From IMG/VR virus record IMGVR_UViG_3300036861_000995: a stretch of DNA of 64,000 nucleotides. One strand, written 5' to 3'. This stretch comes from a virus. A program made the position numbers and the translations under genes. A model generated the notes under the pieces. The model saw nothing but the letters and a program-made list of their open reading frames with translations. It was not told the DNA's origin and did not search any database. Shown here one piece after another: positions 55,764-64,000 of this stretch; positions within the stretch are counted from its first letter, which is position 1, and the number at the start of each line of letters is the position of its first letter.

Positions 55764-58116
55764 CGGTCCTCATCTCCTGAACCGTCTCGAGCTGTCCGCC
55801 CCAGTTGAAGGAGCCGCCGAACAGCTCGTTCCAGCGCTGTCGGGCACGCTCTATGGACGGGAGCATGTACACGCGCGGTCGGTCGACAGACCGGATCCTC
55901 CCGTCGGGACCGACGGAATCGACTCGCCTACCGAGCTGGCCGCGCCTGCAGCCGGCGCGCTCGAGCAGCTTGGTCAGTCGGACCCTGCTGCAGCGCTGCC
56001 CGCGCCCCCACCCGAGCACGTAGGACTGGAAGTCCAGGGCGAGCTCCTCGCAGGTCAGCCACTCAGGCCACCCGCGACCGGGCGCTGCCTCCCCGGAGTA
56101 GAGCTTGGAGTGCCACCACTCCTCCTCCGGCGACAGCGAGTGCTCCTTCTGCTCCTGGAGGGCCTCCGTGCCCGGGACCACTCGGGGATTGAAGGACGCT
56201 ATGTCGAGGCTCAGCAGGTAGTGCAGCAGGGCCTCGCGCCCTCCCGCCCTCATCTGCTCGTTCAGGGGCCCAAAGAACGTCCCATCCTGCAGCTTGTCGC
56301 TGGACACGTCCAGCACCAGGAATCGGCGCTCGTGCCTGCCGGCAGGGACGACCCAGTCGCTGTTCGTCGCCATGATGATGTGCAGGCAGTTTCGCCCGGA
56401 CTCGGTGCCGAGGAACTTGCCCTCGAGCGTCAGCAGCTCCTCCGTCACGAGCCCCTTCAGCACCGCCTCGTGCCGCTTGTCCCCGGCGTAGAAGGCCTCG
56501 TCCGCGAACAGGACCACGGTGTCTCGCAGGTGTAGGTTGAACTGCCCCACCAGGTGGATCGGGTTCGTGCACGGCATGAAGTGGCGACCGAAGAGCGATC
56601 CGAAGTGCTTGGTGAACTCGCCCTTCCCGACGCCGCGCTCGCCGCGCATGACGAGCGCCACCTGGCCGGGCTCCCCGGGCATCTGCACCGCTCGCGCCAT
56701 CCAGGAGGTTACGTACCCGTAGAGCCTCTCGTCGCCCCGGCAGATGTTCTCTCGGACGTGGCGCAGGTACAGGGAGCAGTCACCCGGACGAGCCTCGCAG
56801 GCGAACCCGCGCCACAGGTTGTAGCAGCCGGGCGGGTCCTGGCCGGGAGCGAACAATACCCTCTCGTAGTACCGTCGGCGGGGATGAGAGAGCCACCAGT
56901 CGCCGAGGGTTCTGAGCTTCTTCTTCTCGGCGTCGGGCTGCTCGGGCGTCCTGTTGGAGTAGCGGTTGCGGATGTCCTCGAAGGTGGCGTAGGAGACGTG
57001 CGGGCGGCCGAGGAACTCGTCGAAGGACTCCGAGAGGACGCGGCACTTTCCGCCGAGATCGCCTATGACCGCGTGTCGCCTGTTCATCTCCGACAGGAGC
57101 GGGTCGGAGCAGTGCTCGCGCGCGTGCTCGATCTGCTGGAGAGCGTAGCGCTCGGCGCGCGCGCCCTTCTCGCGGACCGACTCGGATATGCCGAAGTCGG
57201 GGTCGGTGATGATCGAGTAGATCACCTCGTCCGGCACCTCGCGCCTCAGCAGCTCGCAGACGACGTAGAAGAGCGGCTCCGAGCGCGAGGGCCAGCGCTT
57301 CGGGTCGTCTGGGTCCTTCCCCACGTTGATGACTACCTTGAGGAAGTCTGGAACGTCGAGCTCGTCGAGCGACCGCAGTCGACGCACGTTGCCCGTGTCG
57401 ACCACCGGCCTCGTCTCTAGGTCCGACAGGCCCCCGTCGCCGATCTGCACGCGGGGCGCGGCGGCGAACTTCGACAGGGGCAGGGCGTGGGCCGGATCCG
57501 ACGACAGGACCACCGCCATCCTCGGAACGCGCCCGGCCGACCGCTTGCGCTCGTCGGGCCAGTTGATCGTCCCCGGCAGGCGCATGATCCGGTCGACGTT
57601 GTGGCAGGAGTCGGCCCCGAACGTGATCTCGAGCTGCTGGTTGTAGCGCTTCGCCTCCTCGTAGAGCTCCGGCCTGCCGTCTATTCGGACCGGGCGAGAG
57701 AGTCGCCAGAATGCCTGAATCCCGCCGCCGGAATCGACGATGACGGACGGACGAGGAACAGTGGCGGGGAACTCTTCCCCGAAGAGTCGCTGCAGGCGAG
57801 CGCGCTCCTCGGGGAGCGGCTTCTGCTTGTCGGGGTCCACGTCGACGTGGAGGTACTCCATCGCCGCGATGTCCTCGCGGCTGGGCTTCTTCGCGAGTGG
57901 CCTGGCCGTCGCGTTGACGGTCCAGTAGACGTTTCGTCCGGCCTGGTTCCAACGCTCGATCCAGTCGGCGGCCTGCGTGCCCTCTCCCGCCGCGAAGCTG
58001 CGAGTCTCTATGTCCCCGGCCGCCCCGTCGGGCTGGATCGCCACGAGGACCCAGAACCCGCTCGGTCGTACCGACCTCAGGAAGCGGACGGAATCGGAGG
58101 GGTCGGGTCTGAGCAT
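55750..58116 (-). CDS. bifunctional primase-polymerase (PrimPol) / P4-family SF3 helicase
   Basis: N-terminal Prim-Pol domain; C-terminal NTPase with Walker A GERGVGKGEFT and D5-like region. Confidence 0.85.
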   Translation of the reverse strand: MLRPDPSDSVRFLRSVRPSGFWVLVAIQPDGAAGDIETRSFAAGEGTQAADWIERWNQAGRNVYWTVNATARPLAKKPSREDIAAMEYLHVDVDPDKQKPLPEERARLQRLFGEEFPATVPRPSVIVDSGGGIQAFWRLSRPVRIDGRPELYEEAKRYNQQLEITFGADSCHNVDRIMRLPGTINWPDERKRSAGRVPRMAVVLSSDPAHALPLSKFAAAPRVQIGDGGLSDLETRPVVDTGNVRRLRSLDELDVPDFLKVVINVGKDPDDPKRWPSRSEPLFYVVCELLRREVPDEVIYSIITDPDFGISESVREKGARAERYALQQIEHAREHCSDPLLSEMNRRHAVIGDLGGKCRVLSESFDEFLGRPHVSYATFEDIRNRYSNRTPEQPDAEKKKLRTLGDWWLSHPRRRYYERVLFAPGQDPPGCYNLWRGFACEARPGDCSLYLRHVRENICRGDERLYGYVTSWMARAVQMPGEPGQVALVMRGERGVGKGEFTKHFGSLFGRHFMPCTNPIHLVGQFNLHLRDTVVLFADEAFYAGDKRHEAVLKGLVTEELLTLEGKFLGTESGRNCLHIIMATNSDWVVPAGRHERRFLVLDVSSDKLQDGTFFGPLNEQMRAGGREALLHYLLSLDIASFNPRVVPGTEALQEQKEHSLSPEEEWWHSKLYSGEAAPGRGWPEWLTCEELALDFQSYVLGWGRGQRCSRVRLTKLLERAGCRRGQLGRRVDSVGPDGRIRSVDRPRVYMLPSIERARQRWNELFGGSFNWGGQLETVQEMRTDDHF

Positions 58117-58526
58117 CCGGAGAGGAGTTGGAGGAGCCCGGCCCTGCAGTCCGCCTTGCCGTGCCAGGTCGCGGTCGCCGCGAGGGTCAGCGCCCTTCTA
58201 GTCGCTCGCCCAATCATCTTCGCCGCGGTCGCCCCCTGGAGCAATAGGTAGTCTCGATCCTCGCAGGCCTCAAGCAGGAGCCAGGTCTCTCCTCCCGCCC
58301 TGGTTCGACGGATGTGGAACACCCTCTGCTGCGGCGTGAAGTGGTCGACGCGGACGATCGTCTGGTGCCGAGCGGGCCAGCGCTCGATGCACTTCAGCTC
58401 GATCCAGCCCTCGACGTAGTTCACGTCGGGAGTCCCGGGCAGTATCGGATTCTCGACGGATATCGCTCCGAGAGGCTCCAGGGCCTCGACTACGGACTGG
58501 CGCAGAGCGCCCTCCCGCCTTCCCAT
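58077..58526 (-). CDS. PD-(D/E)xK nuclease (VRR-NUC/Hjc-like, ~149 aa)
   Basis: GTPDVNYVEGWIELKC matches PD...ExK; start MGRREGAL coupled to MazG stop. Confidence 0.5.
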   Translation of the reverse strand: MGRREGALRQSVVEALEPLGAISVENPILPGTPDVNYVEGWIELKCIERWPARHQTIVRVDHFTPQQRVFHIRRTRAGGETWLLLEACEDRDYLLLQGATAAKMIGRATRRALTLAATATWHGKADCRAGLLQLLSGCSDPTPPIPSAS

Positions 58527-58894
58527 CAGAACGCCTTGCCGTGCTTCACTGGCCGAGTGAGGTTGAACTCGTGCTTGCGGAGCGCGACCTCCATTAGGTC
58601 GATCCCGCGCCGCTCGGCGAGGTCGAACAGCCTGAGCAGGATGTCCCCCATCTCCTCCTCCTCGCGCGACAGGGGGATCGGCTCTCGACCTTTGAGGCTG
58701 CCGTCCCGCCACTTGCCGCACTGGGCGGTCGGATCCTCGCGGTAAGCCTCCAGGAGTTCGGAGACCTCGGAGTGGATCAGGGCGACCTTGGAGGCCAGGA
58801 GCTCGGGCGCGTCCTCGCCGTCCAATTCGGGGCAGGGCCAGAATCCCTTGGCGATGGAGTTATCGTAGGCGGCCCGCTGGAGGGGATGAGTCAT
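58526..58894 (-). CDS. MazG-like nucleotide pyrophosphohydrolase
   Basis: EVSELLEAY...EEEEMGDILLRLFDLA helical-pair motifs. Confidence 0.6.
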   Translation of the reverse strand: MTHPLQRAAYDNSIAKGFWPCPELDGEDAPELLASKVALIHSEVSELLEAYREDPTAQCGKWRDGSLKGREPIPLSREEEEMGDILLRLFDLAERRGIDLMEVALRKHEFNLTRPVKHGKAF

Positions 58895-59068
58895 AGGGAG
58901 AGAGTCGAAAGGAGGCGATGAGGAACAGTGGACCTGCGAGCACCTGAAAGTTCAGGTGACCGAGGTCTCGGTTGACGGCTATCCCGGCCACGAGCTGGCC
59001 GAGGTCTACTCCGACGCAGAGCTGGCCGAGCTGGGTTCGTGCGATCCTGAGGAGAAGGCGCGTGGACA

Positions 59069-59413
59069 TCAGGCGATCCTCCGTATCGTCACGCCTGTCT
59101 GCTCGGCTCGCAGGATCATGTCCGCGGTGCCACTGCCGCCGGGGAAGGCGACGACGAGGTCGGGCCTCACGTCTACCAGCATCCGCTGATTTCTCATCGG
59201 GCCGGCAAGTCGACCGTAGGCCTTCCAGTCGGCGTAGAAGGTGCCGGTCTCGACGCCCATCTCACGGGCCCACTCCTTGGCGAGCGCGTCGGCGCCCGAG
59301 GCGCCGCCCTGTGCGACTAGATCGATCTTTCGTTCCTGGTGCAGAGCGTCCAGGGTCTCGAAGACTCGCTGACGGTTCTGGTAGGCGCGACCGCCGCAGA
59401 CGATGATCTTCAC
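59069..59413 (-). CDS. DUF2493 / SLOG-family Rossmann-like protein (~114 aa)
   Basis: KIIVCGGRAY ... VVAFPGGSGTADM; GTG start with GGAGAGG RBS. Confidence 0.5.
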   Translation of the reverse strand: MKIIVCGGRAYQNRQRVFETLDALHQERKIDLVAQGGASGADALAKEWAREMGVETGTFYADWKAYGRLAGPMRNQRMLVDVRPDLVVAFPGGSGTADMILRAEQTGVTIRRIA

Positions 59414-59733
59414 TTGAACCTCTCCATCGCCTTGCGCACCCAGGCGCGCACGGCGCGCGCCGTCTCGGAGCCGCCGGCCTGGATCACCTCGCGCAGGTTC
59501 TCGCGGACCTCGCCCAGCGTCCAGCAGGCGTCCGGGCCCTCGTTTGCCAGCGCCATGCCAAGAGCGCAGCATGTCGGGCAGGTGGTGCTCTCCTCAAGGG
59601 GCTCGCCGCGCGACTCAATGTATATGAAGCGTCGGTACTTCTCGCCCGGCTCGATGGTGCGCCCGCACTCCTCGCAGCGGCGGGGCTTCCGAGCGCGGCG
59701 GATCGAGTCGCCGAGGATCTGGCCATGGCACAT
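59410..59733 (-). CDS. zinc-finger protein (107 aa, MCHGQILGD...CEECG...CPTCC); paralogue of 49381-49549
   Basis: ATG preceded by GCCGATATAGCC motif that spans the polA stop codon. Confidence 0.5.
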   Translation of the reverse strand: MCHGQILGDSIRRARKPRRCEECGRTIEPGEKYRRFIYIESRGEPLEESTTCPTCCALGMALANEGPDACWTLGEVRENLREVIQAGGSETARAVRAWVRKAMERFK

Positions 59734-59734
59734 G

Positions 59735-59745
59735 GCTATATCGGC
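59735..59745 (-). promoter_or_regulatory. conserved motif copy 5 (CCGATATAG, overlapping polA stop codon)
   Basis: Read directly. Confidence 0.3.
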
Positions 59746-61694
59746 TCCGTGTGCCCCCAGTCGGGCCCCAGCTCGGGCTTCACTAGGTGAGGGACGGTGC
59801 ACGGCACGGCACTCAACATTACCTCGGCGAGATTGCGCGCGCGGCGCTCGTCGCCGGACTCGTCGAGCTCGTCGTGTACCTGGAGCAGCAGCGGGTGTCC
59901 GGCCGCGTCGGCGTCCACCATGGCCTTCTTGACCTGGTCGGCCGAGGATCCCTGGACGATCTTGTTGACCGCCGTGTGGAGCCAGTCGTACCCGGGCGCT
60001 CCGCTCTGCGGGCGCGGGAAGTGCAGTCGTCTCCCGAGGGTCGTGCGCACGAAGCCGTTGGCGTTGGCGACTTCCTGCGCCTTGGCGTCGAGCTCGCGGA
60101 TGAACGGGGCGCCGTGGAAGAAGTCGTCCATCACGGCCTGGGCCTCGTCGCCGGCCACCTCGATCCATCGCCCCGACCTCGCCTGGATCCACTTCGTCGG
60201 CAGGCCCAGGGCCCTCGCCAGCTTAGGACCTCCCATCCCGTATCCCAGGCCGAGGTAGATGATCTTCGTCCGGTCTCGCCCCTCGTCCCCGGACCAGCCG
60301 ATCTTGTCCCTCATCAGGGCGTACAGGTCCAGACGATGGTTCAGGTGATACAGCTCTCGCAGCTCCGCAGCGCCCGTGCACCCGGTCTCTGCCGCGAAGT
60401 GGACGTGCCAGCGCGGCTCCTGGTTGGAGAGGTCGCAGGTGATCCAGTCCTCGCCGTCCTCCGGCAGGTAGATCGCTCGCCAGAGAGGTCCTATCTCGGG
60501 GTCCTTCGTGGGCTGCTGCTGCAGGTTCGGGTCGCAGGAGGATAGCCGGCCGGAGATGGTCCCCGACTCGTCGTCCTCCTCCTCGGAGCCTCGCCTGAGC
60601 TGGTTGAAGGTCGTGTGAACTCGGCCCCGGACCTGGTGCTCGCGGATTCCTTCGACGAAGGTCGTGCGCAGCTTGGAGAAGCGTCGGGCTCGCAGGTAGA
60701 GGTCGACCGTGGGGTGGCGCAGGCCCCTCAGGAACTTGGCGTCGACCCTGGGCACCTGCTTCTTCGCAGTTCTTGCGAACTTGAGGCCCGTAACCTGCTC
60801 GAGGATCGGGCCCATGAGCTGGGTCTTGCCGAGGTCCCGAGGGGTCAGCGGCATGGCCACGGCCGCGGCGAAGGCCGCCGCGGAGTCCTCCTCCTCTCGG
60901 ACGCAGCGCGCATCCACGACGTCGAGGTGCCCGATGTCCACCCGGACCCCTCGACGCCGCATTCGCAGGAGGACGGGCAGCAGCCGAGACTCTAGGTCCC
61001 ACAGGGACCAGAGCGACCTTGCCCTGCCCTCCTGAACCCGAGGGTCTCCCGAGTCGATGGCCCGAATACGGCGCTCCTGGGACGCGAGTATTCGCAGGGG
61101 CAGACGAGCGTCCTGCTCGGCGTAGGGCCCCACGTGCTGCGCCGGAAGGCGCCAGAGGCCGGCCTTGGTCTCCACGCCGAAGTGACGCGCAGCGCGCTCG
61201 AGCATCTCCTGGTCCTTGCCGGGGAGCCCGTTGCGCTCGGCCACCGCGTCCAGGGAGTAGCTGTACTGGAGCTCGTCGAGGAGCGGCTCGGCGAGCTGGA
61301 CGTCGCGGAAGAAGGAGGGTCGGAACTCGATCCCCAGCTCGAGGAGGAAGTCGAGGTCGTACTGCAGGTTCGCCCCGACTATCTCGCCTCGGTACTCTCG
61401 AGCCTGCTCCCGCAGGTACGAGAGAACCGCTCCTCGGTCTAGGTTGCCTCCGCCCTCGTGGCGGATCGGGAGGTAGAAGGACTCGGCCTTCTCCGGATCG
61501 GGTCGTCGCGCGAGGGCGAAGCTGATCCCGACGACGTAGGCCCCGCGGCGCACCCCGGGCCCTAGCTTCCTAAGGTCTGGATCGCGGGTCTCGATGTCGA
61601 TCGCGACGCGCGCGGCGCCGCGCCAGGGGGGCAGCGTCGAGAGCTCCGGAGGTCGCCATCCGGTTAGGGGAGCGAAGGCGCGAAGCTGGACCAC
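59736..61694 (-). CDS. polA: family A DNA polymerase (Pol I-like) with 3'-5' exonuclease domain
   Basis: Exo I IDIET; motif A CDLSNQEPR; motif B RDRTKIIYLGLGYGMG; motif C QVHDELD. Confidence 0.9.
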   Translation of the reverse strand: MVQLRAFAPLTGWRPPELSTLPPWRGAARVAIDIETRDPDLRKLGPGVRRGAYVVGISFALARRPDPEKAESFYLPIRHEGGGNLDRGAVLSYLREQAREYRGEIVGANLQYDLDFLLELGIEFRPSFFRDVQLAEPLLDELQYSYSLDAVAERNGLPGKDQEMLERAARHFGVETKAGLWRLPAQHVGPYAEQDARLPLRILASQERRIRAIDSGDPRVQEGRARSLWSLWDLESRLLPVLLRMRRRGVRVDIGHLDVVDARCVREEEDSAAAFAAAVAMPLTPRDLGKTQLMGPILEQVTGLKFARTAKKQVPRVDAKFLRGLRHPTVDLYLRARRFSKLRTTFVEGIREHQVRGRVHTTFNQLRRGSEEEDDESGTISGRLSSCDPNLQQQPTKDPEIGPLWRAIYLPEDGEDWITCDLSNQEPRWHVHFAAETGCTGAAELRELYHLNHRLDLYALMRDKIGWSGDEGRDRTKIIYLGLGYGMGGPKLARALGLPTKWIQARSGRWIEVAGDEAQAVMDDFFHGAPFIRELDAKAQEVANANGFVRTTLGRRLHFPRPQSGAPGYDWLHTAVNKIVQGSSADQVKKAMVDADAAGHPLLLQVHDELDESGDERRARNLAEVMLSAVPCTVPHLVKPELGPDWGHTEPI

Positions 61695-62054
61695 TCAGTC
61701 GTCTCGGTCGCGGTTATCCCACTCAGTGCGGAAGCGCTGGATCGCGTCGGCCGAGTAGCCGAGTAGTAGGCCTACGATCTCGTGCCAGCGCGAGCTGGGA
61801 GCCGACTCGGCGGCCCACCTCAGCAGCTCTACGGCCCACGGCGTCGAGGCGTAGCCGACGAGGACTCGCCTCCCGCTCTTGAGCGCGAACGGGATGGCGC
61901 TGTTCTGCGAGTACCTTTCGAGGAAGGCGAGCACGTCCGGCAGCATCTTCTCGTCCGCGCTCGCGTCGAGCAGAGACACGGCGCGGACCCCTCGCGACAC
62001 GAGGTATGCGGCGTTCTCGGCCTGCGCCTGCAGGTAGTCGAGGTCGGAGACCAT
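61695..62054 (-). CDS. hypothetical protein (119 aa)
   Basis: ORF with codon bias. Confidence 0.45.
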   Translation of the reverse strand: MVSDLDYLQAQAENAAYLVSRGVRAVSLLDASADEKMLPDVLAFLERYSQNSAIPFALKSGRRVLVGYASTPWAVELLRWAAESAPSSRWHEIVGLLLGYSADAIQRFRTEWDNRDRDD

Positions 62055-62068
62055 CGCGGGGTGCCGAG

Positions 62069-62446
62069 CTACTCGAACCGGATCGTGGCCCTCTTTGGGA
62101 AGCTGCGTTGCGGCGTCTCCTCGTGCCGCATCAGCTCATCGAGGTCGACCTTCTGGCCGCATCCGACCATCATCAGCTTCTTCAGATGACCATAAAACGA
62201 TCTATCCTGCTCCACCTGCAGGAAGTTGCCCAGGGTAGCGTTTGGCCACCGGACGGCGACTAGGGCGACCCGCAGCGCGGGACAGACGATGCACTCGATC
62301 GTGCGTCCCGCGTCGAACTGGGCCGACAGGTACTCGCGCAGCGAGACGGAGCCCGGGTTCAGGACGTGTCCGCTCGATGAGCCGACCATCGCGACCCAGA
62401 GTATGTCGCCCTTCTGGTCGAGGTACGAGTGAGGGGAGTCGCTCAT
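62069..62446 (-). CDS. hypothetical protein (125 aa)
   Basis: ORF with codon bias. Confidence 0.45.
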   Translation of the reverse strand: MSDSPHSYLDQKGDILWVAMVGSSSGHVLNPGSVSLREYLSAQFDAGRTIECIVCPALRVALVAVRWPNATLGNFLQVEQDRSFYGHLKKLMMVGCGQKVDLDELMRHEETPQRSFPKRATIRFE

Positions 62447-62536
62447 GCCCTAGACTCTACCCCAATTTGCGACTTCCCTGGAGAATGATCTCCAGGAGGC
62501 CGAGGGGACTCGCAGTATCAGGGCGGCAAGTGGAGG

Positions 62537-63217
62537 GTGGCTCGGCACTTCGCGCCGGTGATCCGCTCGGCCCTCGTCGGGGCGAGCTGCCTCGTCGAGC
62601 CGTTCGTGGGCGGCTTCCACGTCGTGCCGGAGGTTCGGCCTGACCAGGGCGTGGCGGTCCTGTGCAGCGACCTGCACCCTGGACTCGAGCCGCTCTACAG
62701 GGCCGTGGCGGGCGGCTGGGAGCCACCCCTCGGGCTCTCCAGGGCGACGTGGGAGCACCTCCGGAGGACTCGAGCGTGGGAGGACCCGCGCACCGGGTTC
62801 GCCGCGTTCGGCTGCTCGTACGGCGGAAGGGAGTTCCAGGGGTACGCCAAGGCCAACGCCCGGGGCTACCTGACCGGGGACTCAACCGCGCGGCGGCTGG
62901 TCAGGGTTCGGCCCTGGCTGGCGCGGTGCCGGTTCCGCACCTGCGGCTACCACCAGGTCGAGGTGCCGCTCGGGGCGGTGGTCTACTGCGACCCCCCCTA
63001 CGGGGAGTGCAAGCCGTACGAGGGCCTGCCCCAGTTCGACCGAGCCGCCTTCTTCGCCTGGTGCGAGGCGGTCGCGTACCGGCGCTCGGCGACCGTCCTC
63101 GTCTCGGAGTTCCAGGGCGGCCTGCCGTCGCACTGGGAGGTGCTCTGGAGTCGCGAGAGGGTGCGCGAGCTCGGGCCGCGGGTGAGGAAAACAGAGATTC
63201 TCGCTCGCGCCCGCTGA
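62537..63217 (+). CDS. dam: Dam-like N6-adenine DNA methyltransferase (D12 class)
   Basis: Motif I EPFVGG; motif IV VVYCDPPYGE. Confidence 0.75.
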   Translation: MARHFAPVIRSALVGASCLVEPFVGGFHVVPEVRPDQGVAVLCSDLHPGLEPLYRAVAGGWEPPLGLSRATWEHLRRTRAWEDPRTGFAAFGCSYGGREFQGYAKANARGYLTGDSTARRLVRVRPWLARCRFRTCGYHQVEVPLGAVVYCDPPYGECKPYEGLPQFDRAAFFAWCEAVAYRRSATVLVSEFQGGLPSHWEVLWSRERVRELGPRVRKTEILARAR

Positions 63218-63274
63218 CCCTGGATCGTAGGGTGCGCCCTTTGAACCCCCGATTACGGGGAAAGGAGCTTGCCT

Positions 63275-63760
63275 ATGATCGCCAAGAACGTGACCAGTGC
63301 CGACGTGCGTCGAGCCCTCGCCGCCGCCAACGAGTTCTACGACGGGAACTTGATCTTCGCCTCCGGGCCGAAGGTAGTGGCCGGGGGAGGGGTTCGGTTC
63401 CGCTTACGTGTCCGGGACTCGGAGGGGCCCGGTGCGCGACTAGGGAAGCCGCGGCGCGACGGTCGACCGGGGATGCGCCTGGCGTTCGCCTGCTGGCACG
63501 CGCACGGCCGCTTCTTCGACGCGCTCTTCGCCGCCTCGCAGGAGGCCGAGGTCACGTCCAAGCTCGGTCCGGTGTCGCCCGGCATCGGCTGGGTGGACCT
63601 GGTCGTGCCGGGCCACGACGAGCTGAAGCTGTCGGACCTCTGCGAGTGCCGCGGCGAGCGCCGCCGGCGGGGCGCGGTGATCTTCGGCCGAAAGCCGAGC
63701 GACAAGCCGGCATCAAGGCGACGAGTCGGCGTCAAGGCGCGCGGGAGCCTCCTGGGCTAG
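63275..63760 (+). CDS. hypothetical protein (~161 aa)
   Basis: ATG with AAAGGAG RBS at 7-nt spacing. Confidence 0.45.
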   Translation: MIAKNVTSADVRRALAAANEFYDGNLIFASGPKVVAGGGVRFRLRVRDSEGPGARLGKPRRDGRPGMRLAFACWHAHGRFFDALFAASQEAEVTSKLGPVSPGIGWVDLVVPGHDELKLSDLCECRGERRRRGAVIFGRKPSDKPASRRRVGVKARGSLLG

Positions 63761-63975
63761 CTCGGAGTCACGGTCGCGTACACGTAGGCGTCCTCGCCAT
63801 CCGTGGCGCTGGCTGTCGTGCGCCACTTGATCGAATCTATCGTGTGGAACTGCTCGTTCACCTCGACGTTGCGGCCGACGGTGCACACCTCCTGCAGCAG
63901 GTAGGACGTGTTCTGCAGCTCTACGTAGGTGCCGATTGCGCTCTGACGCAGGTAGAACTTCAGGGGGATTCGCAC
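63757..63975 (-). CDS. hypothetical small protein (72 aa)
   Basis: GTG with AAAGGAG RBS. Confidence 0.4.
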   Translation of the reverse strand: MRIPLKFYLRQSAIGTYVELQNTSYLLQEVCTVGRNVEVNEQFHTIDSIKWRTTASATDGEDAYVYATVTPS

Positions 63976-64000
63976 GGAATGATCTCCTTTCGGTGGCTCG

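Overview
High-GC (~68-70%) window with the gene content and order of a temperate siphovirus-like phage or prophage (siphovirus-like: no tail sheath gene; the major tail protein is followed by paired chaperones and a 1214-aa tape measure). Almost all genes are on the minus strand and read right to left.

Layout, left to right:
1. 1-3.7 kb: 3'-truncated RecD-like helicase, a small membrane protein, a putative recombination pair (279-aa and Gp157/Gam-like 174-aa proteins) and an SNF2 helicase.
2. 3.7-18.6 kb: tail module. Six proteins lie downstream of the tape measure, two of them sharing a ~28-aa module.
3. 18.6-23.4 kb: head-tail connectors, lambda gpE-like major capsid protein, decoration-like protein, scaffold, Mu F-like minor head protein.
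4. 23.4-30.1 kb: unusual ~7 kb block between the Mu F-like gene and the portal. It contains a Cys-type sulfatase with a signal peptide, a protein made almost entirely of 21-aa tandem repeats, two zinc-ribbon proteins and other unknowns.
5. 30.1-34.9 kb: portal, a lipoprotein, terminase large subunit and a putative small subunit.
6. 35.0-36.06 kb: ~1 kb low-GC island with no codon bias, probably a structured noncoding RNA, driven by a recurring CCGATATAG motif.
7. 36.06-39.8 kb: early-left operon of small proteins, including a very acidic 180-aa protein and two zinc-ribbon proteins.
8. 39.8-40.5 kb: divergent regulatory region with an array of CATTCGGCAC direct repeats.
9. 40.5-43.3 kb: lysogeny module (coupled 65-aa and secreted 261-aa proteins, strong terminator, excisionase, winged-helix regulator, tyrosine integrase), then a 3' fragment of tRNA-Cys(GCA) that looks like the attP core lying inside phage DNA.
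10. 43.4-63.9 kb: helicase-methyltransferase fusion, a serine recombinase with a coupled mini-lipoprotein, an HExxH lipoprotein, a clan GH-A-like glycoside hydrolase, and a replication/repair module (SSB, metallophosphoesterase, UDG-like protein, an OmpA/OmpW-like beta-barrel, PrimPol-SF3 helicase, PD-(D/E)xK nuclease, MazG, DUF2493, family A DNA polymerase), ending with a Dam-like methyltransferase on the plus strand.

Many arginine-rich ORFs in the six-frame track are alternative-frame artefacts of the high GC and are ignored. The track admits GTG and TTG starts. Where I re-derived starts by hand, coordinates may be off by 1 nt: several of my position counts disagreed with the track by exactly 1.
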